From the IMG/VR virus record IMGVR_UViG_3300020045_005532, positions 1 to 26,260 of that record: a stretch of 26,260 bases of DNA. One strand, given 5' to 3'. Below the pieces are notes generated by a model. The model had not been told where the DNA came from and did not search any database. It saw nothing but the letters and a program-made list of their open reading frames with translations. Positions 1 through 7,035 of this stretch are shown here, piece by piece. The stretch is from a virus (taxonomy: Duplodnaviria > Caudoviricetes). Each line of letters starts with the position of its first letter. Position 1 is the first letter of the stretch. A program made the position numbers and the translations under genes.

Positions 1-2
1 GC

Positions 3-278
3 GAGCATCCAGATAGTGCGAGTCCATTAATGCAATACACCGGATTAAAAGACAACCTAGGAAACCCTATTTTCGAAGGCGACATATTGCGCGTTTCAAA
101 TGATGATTATCATGAGACAGCGGATTATGAAGTGGTTTATTGCGCCGATGATGGCTATCCGGCATTTGATTTAAAAGGCTTTGTTAGTGACTCAAATAGT
201 TTCTCTGAGATTATCAATAGCGGGCTTTATCACTATGTCGTTGCTGGCAATATTTACCAGATGCCGGAGCCAATTTGA
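3..278 (+). CDS. YopX-family phage protein, 5'-truncated by window edge
   Basis: LMQYTGLKD..G..IFEGDIL and terminal V.GNIY motifs typical of YopX; frame is open upstream of the ATG at 30 to the window start. Confidence 0.85.
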   Translation, partial: EHPDSASPLMQYTGLKDNLGNPIFEGDILRVSNDDYHETADYEVVYCADDGYPAFDLKGFVSDSNSFSEIINSGLYHYVVAGNIYQMPEPI

Positions 279-688
279 AACCCCCCCCCGACCTAAAAAT
301 CTACGGCGACATAAATCACCGTGATGCTAAATGCCGTAAAGAATGGGTTGAGCAAAAAGAATGGTTTGGGCTGCTAAAGGAAAGGCGGCCACAATACTAT
401 GCGGTTGCAGTACATCCAAAGAACGAGGGTAAGCGCAACGGCAAGCAGTCGTCACAGGATAGCGAACAAGGCTCACTTAACACTGGCGCTAGTGACATAT
501 TGATTCCTGCTGGCTTATCGTTTGTGTGCGAAGTAAAGCGGGTTGACCATACGTTGTCCTCAATATCTGCCGACCAATTGACATATCTTCGTTCTGCGCG
601 TGACTTGGGCGCATTCACCTGTATAGCCCTAGGTTGCGCCGCTGCATGGGAGGCGCTTTTGGAGTGGGAGAAATTACTTTTAAAATAA
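275..688 (+). CDS. VRR-NUC domain nuclease
   Basis: EQ...HPKNEGKR...G..D....F..EVKR.......Q..YL....G.F...A.G...A pattern of phage VRR-NUC (PD-(D/E)XK) proteins; TTGA overlap with the previous stop. Confidence 0.85.
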   Translation: MKPPPDLKIYGDINHRDAKCRKEWVEQKEWFGLLKERRPQYYAVAVHPKNEGKRNGKQSSQDSEQGSLNTGASDILIPAGLSFVCEVKRVDHTLSSISADQLTYLRSARDLGAFTCIALGCAAAWEALLEWEKLLLK

Positions 689-712
689 AGTGAAATATTT
701 GCTGCAAAAGTG

Positions 713-741
713 TTGCGTTTAAAATGCTGCCGATATAGTAT
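713..741 (+). promoter_or_regulatory. Putative sigma70 promoter
   Basis: TTGCGT (713-718), 17 bp, TAGTAT (736-741) in an intergenic gap ahead of AAGGAG RBS and ORF 786. Confidence 0.6.
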
Positions 742-785
742 GGGCTCACTGAAACAACAAACGTAACCTACGAAGGAGAAACAAA

Positions 786-1091
786 ATGCAATTAGAATTG
801 ATTCCAGATATAAAAAGCGATGTTGAAATTGCTTTTTCTACACAAAGAACAAACCCAAAGCTTTTGGCTATTGCGCGCGAAAATGGTTTTTATAACGGAA
901 AAACAAAGTTTAATAAAATGTTTTCTGACTTATTTTTTAGTGGCGGAAAGATCAGTGCTAAAGCTGGCATTGATGATGCGGTAAAGACTAAGATCCTTAG
1001 ATATTTTAAGGCTCTTGCGTCATCTTATGAGCCTAAGCACGAAGAAAAAGAGGCTGTTTGTGCGCTTCTTTTATCTTGGCTTTGCGAGTAA
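786..1091 (+). CDS. Hypothetical phage protein
   Basis: Strong AAGGAG RBS; 101 aa; C-terminal PKHEEKEAVCA motif resembles a recurrent phage hypothetical family. Confidence 0.85.
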   Translation: MQLELIPDIKSDVEIAFSTQRTNPKLLAIARENGFYNGKTKFNKMFSDLFFSGGKISAKAGIDDAVKTKILRYFKALASSYEPKHEEKEAVCALLLSWLCE

Positions 1092-1097
1092 CTAGCC

Positions 1098-1424
1098 ATG
1101 AAAAAAACCTACATAGCAATCGGCCACTTGATCCAAGACCTACGCGCAGCACACGCAGCCGGAATCCGCGCCATGAAACTGGCAAACAAGCTGGACAAAA
1201 AATGGCGCTCGCGTGTGTTCTCGCAGATGAATCGCATTCGTGCAGAGCTTAAGCGTTACGAGTCACAAATTCACGATGGCTTTACGGTTATTACTTATTC
1301 TGGCTGTATTATTTCTAAGTATAAGCCTGTGCCGCAATATGGCCGCATGATTCGTGCAACTGCGCAGCAGGTTACAAAATGCTTCGTATTAGATTACGCT
1401 AACTACTCAAAATTGGAATCTTAA
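1098..1424 (+). CDS. Hypothetical basic protein
   Basis: 108 aa ORF tightly packed in the + strand operon. Confidence 0.7.
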   Translation: MKKTYIAIGHLIQDLRAAHAAGIRAMKLANKLDKKWRSRVFSQMNRIRAELKRYESQIHDGFTVITYSGCIISKYKPVPQYGRMIRATAQQVTKCFVLDYANYSKLES

Positions 1425-1426
1425 TC

Positions 1427-1792
1427 ATGCAACTAGCAAAAATTGAAAGCGCAAGACTGGAAATCCAAGAGCGCGGAATTTTAAACTTTTGGATTAATGT
1501 CAATTATGAAGATGGTATGAGTCAGAGTGTTGGCGGAATTGCTCTAGATACTTATGACAAGAAAACCGAGCGGCGTATAGGTACTGCTTACGGATGCGAA
1601 GTTATTCGCCGGCTACTTTTAGAGCTTGGGGTAAATGACTTTAGTGAAATGGCTGGTAAAATTATTTGGGTTATTGGTGAAGGAGATGGATTCAGCTTTA
1701 AGCCTACGGGAATAAAAGCGCTTCATGTTAATAACAAAAAATCTAATCCGGTTATTTTTTATGAAATACTTTCTCAATTTGGAGAGCCATAA
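1427..1792 (+). CDS. Hypothetical phage protein
   Basis: 121 aa; AKIES..L.I..RGIL...Q..GG..LD pattern resembles a common phage hypothetical family; stop overlaps next start. Confidence 0.8.
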   Translation: MQLAKIESARLEIQERGILNFWINVNYEDGMSQSVGGIALDTYDKKTERRIGTAYGCEVIRRLLLELGVNDFSEMAGKIIWVIGEGDGFSFKPTGIKALHVNNKKSNPVIFYEILSQFGEP

Positions 1793-2178
1793 TGCTACTA
1801 ACCCGCAACCAATTTCTAATCATCCTCGCCGTCCTGATTGTGTCGTGTGGCGCATGGGGGATTCTGCTTAAGATGTTTATTGATTCAAGTTTAGCGTTAA
1901 AGTGGTCGCTGATGGTTTGGTTTTTTGGTGGGTGTTTGGTTACGCTGGTTGCTGGTGGAGCTATAACGTATTTTGCCAACAAGAACTATGAGCGGAAATC
2001 AAAAAAATATAGCGGTCTACTTGGGCTACGGCATATAAATTGTAGATGTGTAACTGTTCCGCAAAAGCGCCTTAGCGACATAAAAATCGAAGGCGAAATA
2101 AACCCAGCACTAACCGCCATGAAACAAAAACTAACCGAAGTCAAACAAGCAGCAGAAAAGGGGATTGGCCGTGAATAA
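1792..2178 (+). CDS. Hypothetical membrane protein
   Basis: Two N-terminal hydrophobic segments, basic C-terminal half; TAATG coupling to previous gene. Confidence 0.7.
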   Translation: MLLTRNQFLIILAVLIVSCGAWGILLKMFIDSSLALKWSLMVWFFGGCLVTLVAGGAITYFANKNYERKSKKYSGLLGLRHINCRCVTVPQKRLSDIKIEGEINPALTAMKQKLTEVKQAAEKGIGRE

Positions 2179-2476
2179 AGAAATTACTCAAGCACTGATG
2201 GAAATGAACGAACGCAAAGCAAAGCGCAAAGAAGCCGAACTAACTACGTTAATAATGGCCTTCATCATTATTACAGCATTTTTTCTGGCGGTTATTGGTG
2301 TGAATATCGGCTACACGCTCGACTACGACACAATAGCAAACCTGTTTTTCAGCTCGATGCTAATACTGGCGGCGATTGTTATTATCGAGAACACCAGCAA
2401 GCTTGTACTGACTGCCAGCGTGTTTTCAGGCGTGTTTGTTGCTACCGGCCTATATTTAATTTGGAGCGCGTCATGA
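2171..2476 (+). CDS. Hypothetical membrane protein (3 predicted TM segments)
   Basis: Three hydrophobic stretches; probable GTG start at 2171 overlapping previous stop (track start 2165). Confidence 0.7.
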   Translation: MNKEITQALMEMNERKAKRKEAELTTLIMAFIIITAFFLAVIGVNIGYTLDYDTIANLFFSSMLILAAIVIIENTSKLVLTASVFSGVFVATGLYLIWSAS

Positions 2477-2958
2477 GTTTACGGGATGAGATGCCAGTCA
2501 ATACTGGCGTAACTTTTTGCGGTGTTAAGGCTGCTGAGAATGAAGAGCTATCCTATGCCGTTAAAACCTTTCTTGCGCAAGGTGGAAAAATTACCGTAGT
2601 TCCATCTGGACTAGGTAAAGATGTTATCGAATTCAATAAAACGATTGAAAGCAAAAAACAGGCTGAAATGCGCGAGGGATTCCAGAAGACGCCTAAGCCT
2701 AACGCGATCAATGCGACAATTAAAAAGCATATCAGCGAAGCCGAAAATGCAGCCAAGCGAAAAACGCGCTCCAATCCAGTAATGCGCCCAGAAAATCGCG
2801 CCAAAAGTGGTCGAATGAATATTCACCAGACGCCGAACGGTAAATGGGTTGTGACGGTTAAGTCTATGCACGTTGGCACCTTTGATGACGAATCAGCAGC
2901 AATCAAAGCGCGGGATGATGAGCGTAGCCGGTTGAAGTTGCCAGAGGCGGCATATTGA
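2473..2958 (+). CDS. Putative transcription regulator: SutA-like RNAP-binding motif plus C-terminal AP2-like DNA-binding domain
   Basis: ELSYAVKTFLAQGGKITVVP resembles the SutA FLxxGGK(V/I) motif; C-terminus KSG..NI......KW.V.V...HVGTFDD...A..ARD is AP2-like; ATGA overlap supports start 2473. Confidence 0.6.
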   Translation: MSLRDEMPVNTGVTFCGVKAAENEELSYAVKTFLAQGGKITVVPSGLGKDVIEFNKTIESKKQAEMREGFQKTPKPNAINATIKKHISEAENAAKRKTRSNPVMRPENRAKSGRMNIHQTPNGKWVVTVKSMHVGTFDDESAAIKARDDERSRLKLPEAAY

Positions 2959-3089
2959 AACGCTGCTGGTACGTTACTCTAAAATGCGGCACCAAATGTA
3001 CAATGATTATCGAAGAACCTTGCAGCGAGGACGAAGCATTACAGCATGCTCGCGATAGGTTTGATGGTAGGGTTTTGATGGTTAATTAA
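2955..3089 (+). CDS. Small hypothetical protein, 44 aa (not in ORF track)
   Basis: TTG start overlapping previous TGA, GAGG at 2944-2947; MKRCWYVTLKCGTKCTMIIEEPCSEDEALQHARDRFDGRVLMVN fills the gap exactly. Confidence 0.6.
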   Translation: MKRCWYVTLKCGTKCTMIIEEPCSEDEALQHARDRFDGRVLMVN

Positions 3090-3102
3090 TGGCAGGCAAA
3101 AC

Positions 3103-3456
3103 ATGATTAAAAATTTAGAACACGTTCAGTGCATTGATACTCAATATCGAGCGCCAGACTTTCCGAAATTGTGCGCTCATACAGAAAACCAATCATATGA
3201 GCCAACAATAGGCAATGGCTTTAAGCGTAGGCATAGGCTTACTTTAACGCTATTTGTCGAATTTGATGCAAACCAAGCCCAATATGATACTGCTCGCGAT
3301 TCAGCAAAAAAGCATTTAGCTAATAGTCTTTATGGTGAAATGCTAAGTAGGCTTGTCGGTATTCAGCATACCGTATCTGGAGGCGACACAAACATCGCAC
3401 TTTCAATGATCGATAAACTAAAGCGTGATTTAGTTGAATCGCTTCATGGGATTTAA
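3103..3456 (+). CDS. Hypothetical phage protein
   Basis: 117 aa ORF in operon context. Confidence 0.75.
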   Translation: MIKNLEHVQCIDTQYRAPDFPKLCAHTENQSYEPTIGNGFKRRHRLTLTLFVEFDANQAQYDTARDSAKKHLANSLYGEMLSRLVGIQHTVSGGDTNIALSMIDKLKRDLVESLHGI

Positions 3457-3479
3457 TCTTTAACTGATAGGAATTTATT

Positions 3480-4100
3480 ATGCAAAAACTACAACTAAAA
3501 CCAGGCGATTACGTTAGCACCAAATCAAAAAACACACTACCGATAGAGCGATTACTGAAAATATTGGATTACAACCATGTATCTGGAGTTTTTACATGGA
3601 AGGCAAGAGATAGATCTTACTTTAAGTTTATACATCATTTTGTCTCATGGAATAAAAGATTCTCAGGAAAAACAGCAGGAGTAAAAATATCCAAGAAAAA
3701 CAAGATTTATATAAAATTAAACATAGATGGTGTTAATTTATATGCTCACCGAATAGCGTGGGCAATATTCTATGGTGAGTGGCCAGAATTAGAATTAGAC
3801 CATATAAATGGTAACTCAGAGGATAATTCTATATCAAACCTAAGGCATGTCAGCAGATTAGAAAACTGTAGAAATGTATCAACACAAAAAAATAGTTTTA
3901 GTGGATATTGTGGGGTTAATTGGCATTCTATAGCAAAAAAATGGAGGGCTAGAGTTAAAATTTGCGGAGTTGAGTATTATATTGGACTTTTTGATGATCC
4001 AGAGATTGCCGCTAAAGCAATAAAAGAAAAAAGGGATTCTATGGGTTTTCATAATAATCATGGGTTGCAAATAATTCATAATGTTGGTGCATTAGTATGA
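3480..4100 (+). CDS. HNH homing-type endonuclease with C-terminal AP2-like domain
   Basis: AHRIAW...G.WP...LDHING...DN...NLR......N..N HNH motif, then SGY.GV.W....KKWRA.......YIGLFD AP2-like domain; visibly more AT-rich than flanks. Confidence 0.92.
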   Translation: MQKLQLKPGDYVSTKSKNTLPIERLLKILDYNHVSGVFTWKARDRSYFKFIHHFVSWNKRFSGKTAGVKISKKNKIYIKLNIDGVNLYAHRIAWAIFYGEWPELELDHINGNSEDNSISNLRHVSRLENCRNVSTQKNSFSGYCGVNWHSIAKKWRARVKICGVEYYIGLFDDPEIAAKAIKEKRDSMGFHNNHGLQIIHNVGALV

Positions 4101-4747
4101 ACGAACTACTCCTACGCCTAACCGCTAACATGCCGATGAAGCAGATTAATATTGATGAAATAAGAGTTTGGTCACATGTTCCGTTTGCTACAGGTAAAGA
4201 AGAGTTGCGCGATGGAGTTATAGACAGCAAACCTTATTTGCAAAGATATTACGCCGGAACATTCCGCGATGGCTCAGACCTATGGCTGCATAGATTTTTG
4301 TCTGCTGACGGTGACAGGCATTTGCATAGCCATCCGTTTGAGTTTTCTTCTGTGATGCTATGCGGTGGATACACAGAGGAGTTTATTGATCGTAATGGAT
4401 GCAAAGATCATCGCGTTACTTTGCCGAATCCTAAGAGCAAGCTGCAAATATACCTTGAGGAAATATTGGAAAGCTTAAAAAGCAAGAATCCAATGTTTTG
4501 GATGACATTTTTAAATCTTTCCTGTGGCGCGCAGAACCAACTTGACGCATACGACTGGCACCGCATAGCAAGCGTATTGCCTGAAACATGGACAGCCGTA
4601 ATAGTAAATCCAAAGCGCTTGCCTAAGTGGTTTTTTAAGGATGACAGCGGGCATCTAAAGGATAAGCTTTCTAGCCCTAGAGATTGGTGGAAGGATTATA
4701 AGGTGCGTCCTGAGTGTGGGATTGCGGGGGATGATAATCGTGTGTGA
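4097..4747 (+). CDS. Phage cupin-like metal-binding protein
   Basis: YLQRYY...LHRF...D.DRHLHSHP....S..L.GGY.E...WHRI His-rich cupin-like pattern. Confidence 0.65.
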   Translation: MNELLLRLTANMPMKQINIDEIRVWSHVPFATGKEELRDGVIDSKPYLQRYYAGTFRDGSDLWLHRFLSADGDRHLHSHPFEFSSVMLCGGYTEEFIDRNGCKDHRVTLPNPKSKLQIYLEEILESLKSKNPMFWMTFLNLSCGAQNQLDAYDWHRIASVLPETWTAVIVNPKRLPKWFFKDDSGHLKDKLSSPRDWWKDYKVRPECGIAGDDNRV

Positions 4748-5003
4748 AAAATCTAGAGATCACCACATTGAATACATTAAAAGCATAGGCATAAATCCAT
4801 GCAAGTGCGGCAATAATGATCTAATTGCGCACCCAGAAAGCCAATCAACTGATTTTGATGATGATGGATTTCCAGTTATAGACGACTACAATTTTATTCA
4901 GTGCAAAAGCTGTGGCGCTACAGTATGGGGTTGCGGCAAGGATGAGATTGAGCAGTGGAATAAGCAAGAATATGATGATTATGACTCTGGCGCATTAAAA
5001 TGA
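4716..5003 (+). CDS. Lar-like (restriction alleviation family) zinc-ribbon protein; true start may be slightly downstream
   Basis: PCKCG...IQCKSCGA......IEQWN resembles the Lar pattern of two Cys pairs and terminal WN. Confidence 0.55.
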   Translation: MGLRGMIIVCEKSRDHHIEYIKSIGINPCKCGNNDLIAHPESQSTDFDDDGFPVIDDYNFIQCKSCGATVWGCGKDEIEQWNKQEYDDYDSGALK

Positions 5004-5473
5004 AAAAATCCAAAAACAAAACCAGCCGTGCAAAAACAATAGCCCAAGTTCGCAAAAAATTCATAGGGTTGACAGTTAATTGGACTGACAAAGACCCGCT
5101 TATTGCCGAAGATGAATCACTAATCTACAGCGATGCAGTAACCCATAAAAACCCTATCCTTAACTTAACGATAGGTAGAATCTGGCGCGATCACGCACAT
5201 GATATTTTGGTAAGCGAATTCACGTGGTTATTGACTGTAGATATTGTTTTCGATGCTGTTAATCGTGGCGAGTTGAAAATAATACAGGGTGAATTTCATT
5301 GCTCTTGCGCACTACAAAAGCCTGGCGATACGCGAATGAATGATGCAATTCTTGAGTTTGTGCAATCTGAGCGCGCTAACAATGATAAAATAGCGCTAGA
5401 CTTAGGCGACAAACACAAAAGCTATGGCGTATATTTGCGGACTGATTTTAAAGCTGTAATTCTAGGTGTTTAG
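5000..5473 (+). CDS. Hypothetical protein
   Basis: 157 aa, ATGA overlap, basic N-terminus. Confidence 0.75.
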   Translation: MKKSKNKTSRAKTIAQVRKKFIGLTVNWTDKDPLIAEDESLIYSDAVTHKNPILNLTIGRIWRDHAHDILVSEFTWLLTVDIVFDAVNRGELKIIQGEFHCSCALQKPGDTRMNDAILEFVQSERANNDKIALDLGDKHKSYGVYLRTDFKAVILGV

Positions 5474-5475
5474 TG

Positions 5476-5503
5476 TTGCGTTTTTGCTGCATCGGTGTAT
5501 TAT
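5476..5503 (+). promoter_or_regulatory. Putative sigma70 promoter reading into the cassette array
   Basis: TTGCGT (5476-5481), 16 bp, TATTAT (5498-5503); shares GTGTTGCGTTT..TGCTGC with the promoter at 710-730. Confidence 0.5.
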
Positions 5504-5515
5504 TTGTTTAAGTGA

Positions 5516-5599
5516 ATGTAACGCCCATGTTCAGCCGCTCCTTTTTACAAACTAGCTGCGCGATATTCTAGCCGCGTCGGCTGTAATGACTGGTTACAT
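5516..5599 (-). repeat. attC-like site 1 (84 bp)
   Basis: Minus strand: R'' ATGTAAC, spacer CAGTC, L'' ATTACAGC (extra A), CGAC...GCG, L' GCTGAAC, spacer ATGGGC, R' GTTACAT. Confidence 0.88.
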
Positions 5600-5630
5600 T
5601 TACATAGCAATTTTATTTAGGAGGTGACTT

Positions 5631-5822
5631 ATGGGTTTTGATTTGAATTTTTTAAATGCGATAGCTGAGATCAAGAAAAAACACGGTAAACCGAAAGAGG
5701 ACGTTCGCAGCGTAATTGAATGCCCAACGCGCAAAGGTAATTTGCGGTATTTAGTTTCAAGCTACAACGGCCACACGCACGGCACCTGCGAAACACCCGG
5801 CTGCTTAAAGTGGATGGAATAG
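5631..5822 (+). CDS. Cassette A ORF, 63 aa putative Zn-binding phage-type protein
   Basis: AGGAGGT RBS; IECP....L.Y..S.YNGH.HG.C.T.GCL.WME motif; stop lies 3 bp before the next attC. Confidence 0.85.
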   Translation: MGFDLNFLNAIAEIKKKHGKPKEDVRSVIECPTRKGNLRYLVSSYNGHTHGTCETPGCLKWME

Positions 5823-5825
5823 TGA

Positions 5826-5909
5826 ATGTAACGTTGAGCTAAAGCGCTGCATTTAAGCAGCGATAAAAACGCAAATTTATAGACAGTCGCTTTGAGTGAC
5901 TGGTTACAT
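5826..5909 (-). repeat. attC-like site 2 (84 bp)
   Basis: Minus strand: ATGTAAC CAGTC ACTCAAAG (extra C) CGACTG...CAGCG CTTTAGC TCAAC GTTACAT. Confidence 0.88.
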
Positions 5910-5929
5910 TTACCGATGGAGGGTTCGCA

Positions 5930-6094
5930 ATGAAAACAAAGTACAGAGCCATGATAGAGCAGAATGGTGGCCAATATTACGGATGGATTACATTCCACGC
6001 CGAAAAATGGGAACGCAAAAACGAATGCACTCTGCTAGTAGATGGTTATGAAATGGAGTTTGACGAACCAATTGATGACCCTGAAGAGTGGTGA
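5930..6094 (+). CDS. Cassette B ORF, 54 aa acidic protein (not in ORF track)
   Basis: GGAGG at 5918-5922; MKTKYRAMIEQNGGQYYGWITFHAEKWERKNECTLLVDGYEMEFDEPIDDPEEW; TGA directly abuts attC 3. Confidence 0.8.
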   Translation: MKTKYRAMIEQNGGQYYGWITFHAEKWERKNECTLLVDGYEMEFDEPIDDPEEW

Positions 6095-6180
6095 ATGTAA
6101 CGTTGAGCACAACGGCGGCTTTTAACTGGTAATTTAAAACTGATATTTACAACCCGTCCCGTTGCTGTGACTGGTTAAAT
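6095..6180 (-). repeat. attC-like site 3 (86 bp)
   Basis: Minus strand: ATTTAAC CAGTC ACAGCAAC (extra G) GGGACGG...CCGCC GTTGTGC TCAAC GTTACAT. Confidence 0.88.
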
Positions 6181-6194
6181 TTAGGAGACACACT

Positions 6195-6482
6195 TTGAAC
6201 AACCAAATTCAAACATGGGCACAAGGGCGATTTGTAGAGCAGCCACACGAAAGCAATTTTACTGATGCGCAAAAGGCGCAAGCTAACGAGCTAGAGAGGT
6301 TTTTGGTTAGACCCGATCCTCTTGATACGGCCATTTGTAGGGCGTACAGCCCGCAAGATGCTGAGTGGATAGCCTCGCGATTAAATTTAGCCTCAAAACT
6401 GGAGCAGCTTACCTACGACTTCGCAATGGGTAAAACTGACGGTGAAGAAATTCGCAGCTTTGTAAGGGCTAGCCTCGACTGA
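6195..6482 (+). CDS. Cassette C ORF, 95 aa hypothetical protein
   Basis: AGGAG RBS then TTG start; TGA directly abuts attC 4. Confidence 0.8.
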   Translation: MNNQIQTWAQGRFVEQPHESNFTDAQKAQANELERFLVRPDPLDTAICRAYSPQDAEWIASRLNLASKLEQLTYDFAMGKTDGEEIRSFVRASLD

Positions 6483-6569
6483 ATTTAACGCCCATGTTCA
6501 CGCGTGCCGTTTAACAAGTAATAAAGAACTAAGGCCTACCCGCATCGCGCGTGTAACGCCTTGTTATGA
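6483..6569 (-). repeat. attC-like site 4 (87 bp)
   Basis: Minus strand: TCATAAC AAGGC GTTACACG (extra A)...CGTGAAC ATGGGC GTTAAAT. Confidence 0.88.
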
Positions 6570-6596
6570 CCAACACAACGTTAGTGAGATAGCGAA

Positions 6597-6749
6597 ATGC
6601 ACAACCAAGATGACAAAAATCACACAATACCAGACGATTACGAAACTTACGACAAGCGATATTTTCAAGGTCGTGAATGTCGGATATACCGCAAGGGTGA
6701 TTACTGGTTTAGCCAGCTTTCTAAACGCTGGATAAAGCTTAGCTACTGA
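6597..6749 (+). CDS. Cassette D ORF, 50 aa protein (not in ORF track)
   Basis: MHNQDDKNHTIPDDYETYDKRYFQGRECRIYRKGDYWFSQLSKRWIKLSY; tandem TGA TAG stops abut attC 5; only a weak GAG RBS. Confidence 0.7.
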   Translation: MHNQDDKNHTIPDDYETYDKRYFQGRECRIYRKGDYWFSQLSKRWIKLSY

Positions 6750-6752
6750 TAG

Positions 6753-6837
6753 TCATAACGTTGAGCACAACGGCGGCTTTTAACGGCCGGAAGAGTGCGA
6801 CACTCTAATTCCGTCCAGTTGCTGTGACTGGTTACAT
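6753..6837 (-). repeat. attC-like site 5 (85 bp)
   Basis: Minus strand: ATGTAAC CAGTC ACAGCAAC (extra G) TGGACGG...CCGCC GTTGTGC TCAAC GTTATGA; outer arms match attC 3. Confidence 0.88.
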
Positions 6838-6860
6838 TTACATAGCGAGGTTAATTAAAA

Positions 6861-7013
6861 ATGACTGCGGAACAATATAAAAGAGATTTTGAAATTTGGT
6901 ATTTTGCGCAATTCGGAAATGGCATTGGGCTTAACTTTGATGATGATGGCTACGAGAACGAAACTGTAAACGCGATGTGGATTGGTTTTTGTGCCGGAAG
7001 AATGACAGCCTAG
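6861..7013 (+). CDS. Cassette E ORF, 50 aa phage-type protein (not in ORF track)
   Basis: GAGGT RBS; MTAEQYKRDFEIWYFAQFGNGIGLNFDDDGYENETVNAMWIGFCAGRMTA has the FE.W...Y....V..MW.G pattern common in small phage proteins; TAG TGA stops at cassette end. Confidence 0.8.
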   Translation: MTAEQYKRDFEIWYFAQFGNGIGLNFDDDGYENETVNAMWIGFCAGRMTA

Positions 7014-7016
7014 TGA

Positions 7017-7035
7017 ATGTAACAGTTTATTCAAC
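7017..7035 (-). other. attI-like simple recombination site
   Basis: Minus strand GTTGAAT-AAACT-GTTACAT (L box, 5 bp, R box) closes the last cassette; no partner arm for an attC hairpin seen in 7036-7200. Confidence 0.6.

Larger units (their letters stand above)
5516..7035 (-). mobile_element. Integron-like gene cassette array: 5 attC sites, 5 cassettes, attI-like site, no integrase in window
   Basis: Five attC-architecture imperfect palindromes alternate with single small ORFs; predicted cassettes 5522-5831, 5832-6100, 6101-6488, 6489-6758, 6759-7022. Confidence 0.88.

Noticed and set aside
2024-2060. LRHINCRC motif recalling the HPNCRC motif of Mu gpF-like head proteins
   Set aside because: Only a short motif within a small membrane protein in the early region; no other similarity visible.
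5762-5998. Minus-strand track ORFs 5762-5998 and 6855-7169 as normally oriented cassette genes
   Set aside because: They run across attC/attI boundaries and lack clear RBS, whereas the + strand ORFs fit each cassette exactly.
5512-7023. CRISPR array or REP-type repeat interpretation of the recurring GTGAATGTAAC / GACTGGTTACAT motifs
   Set aside because: Repeats are about 85 bp with variable centres, the intervals are 180-300 bp ORFs with RBS, no cas genes are present, and the box/bulge layout fits attC.
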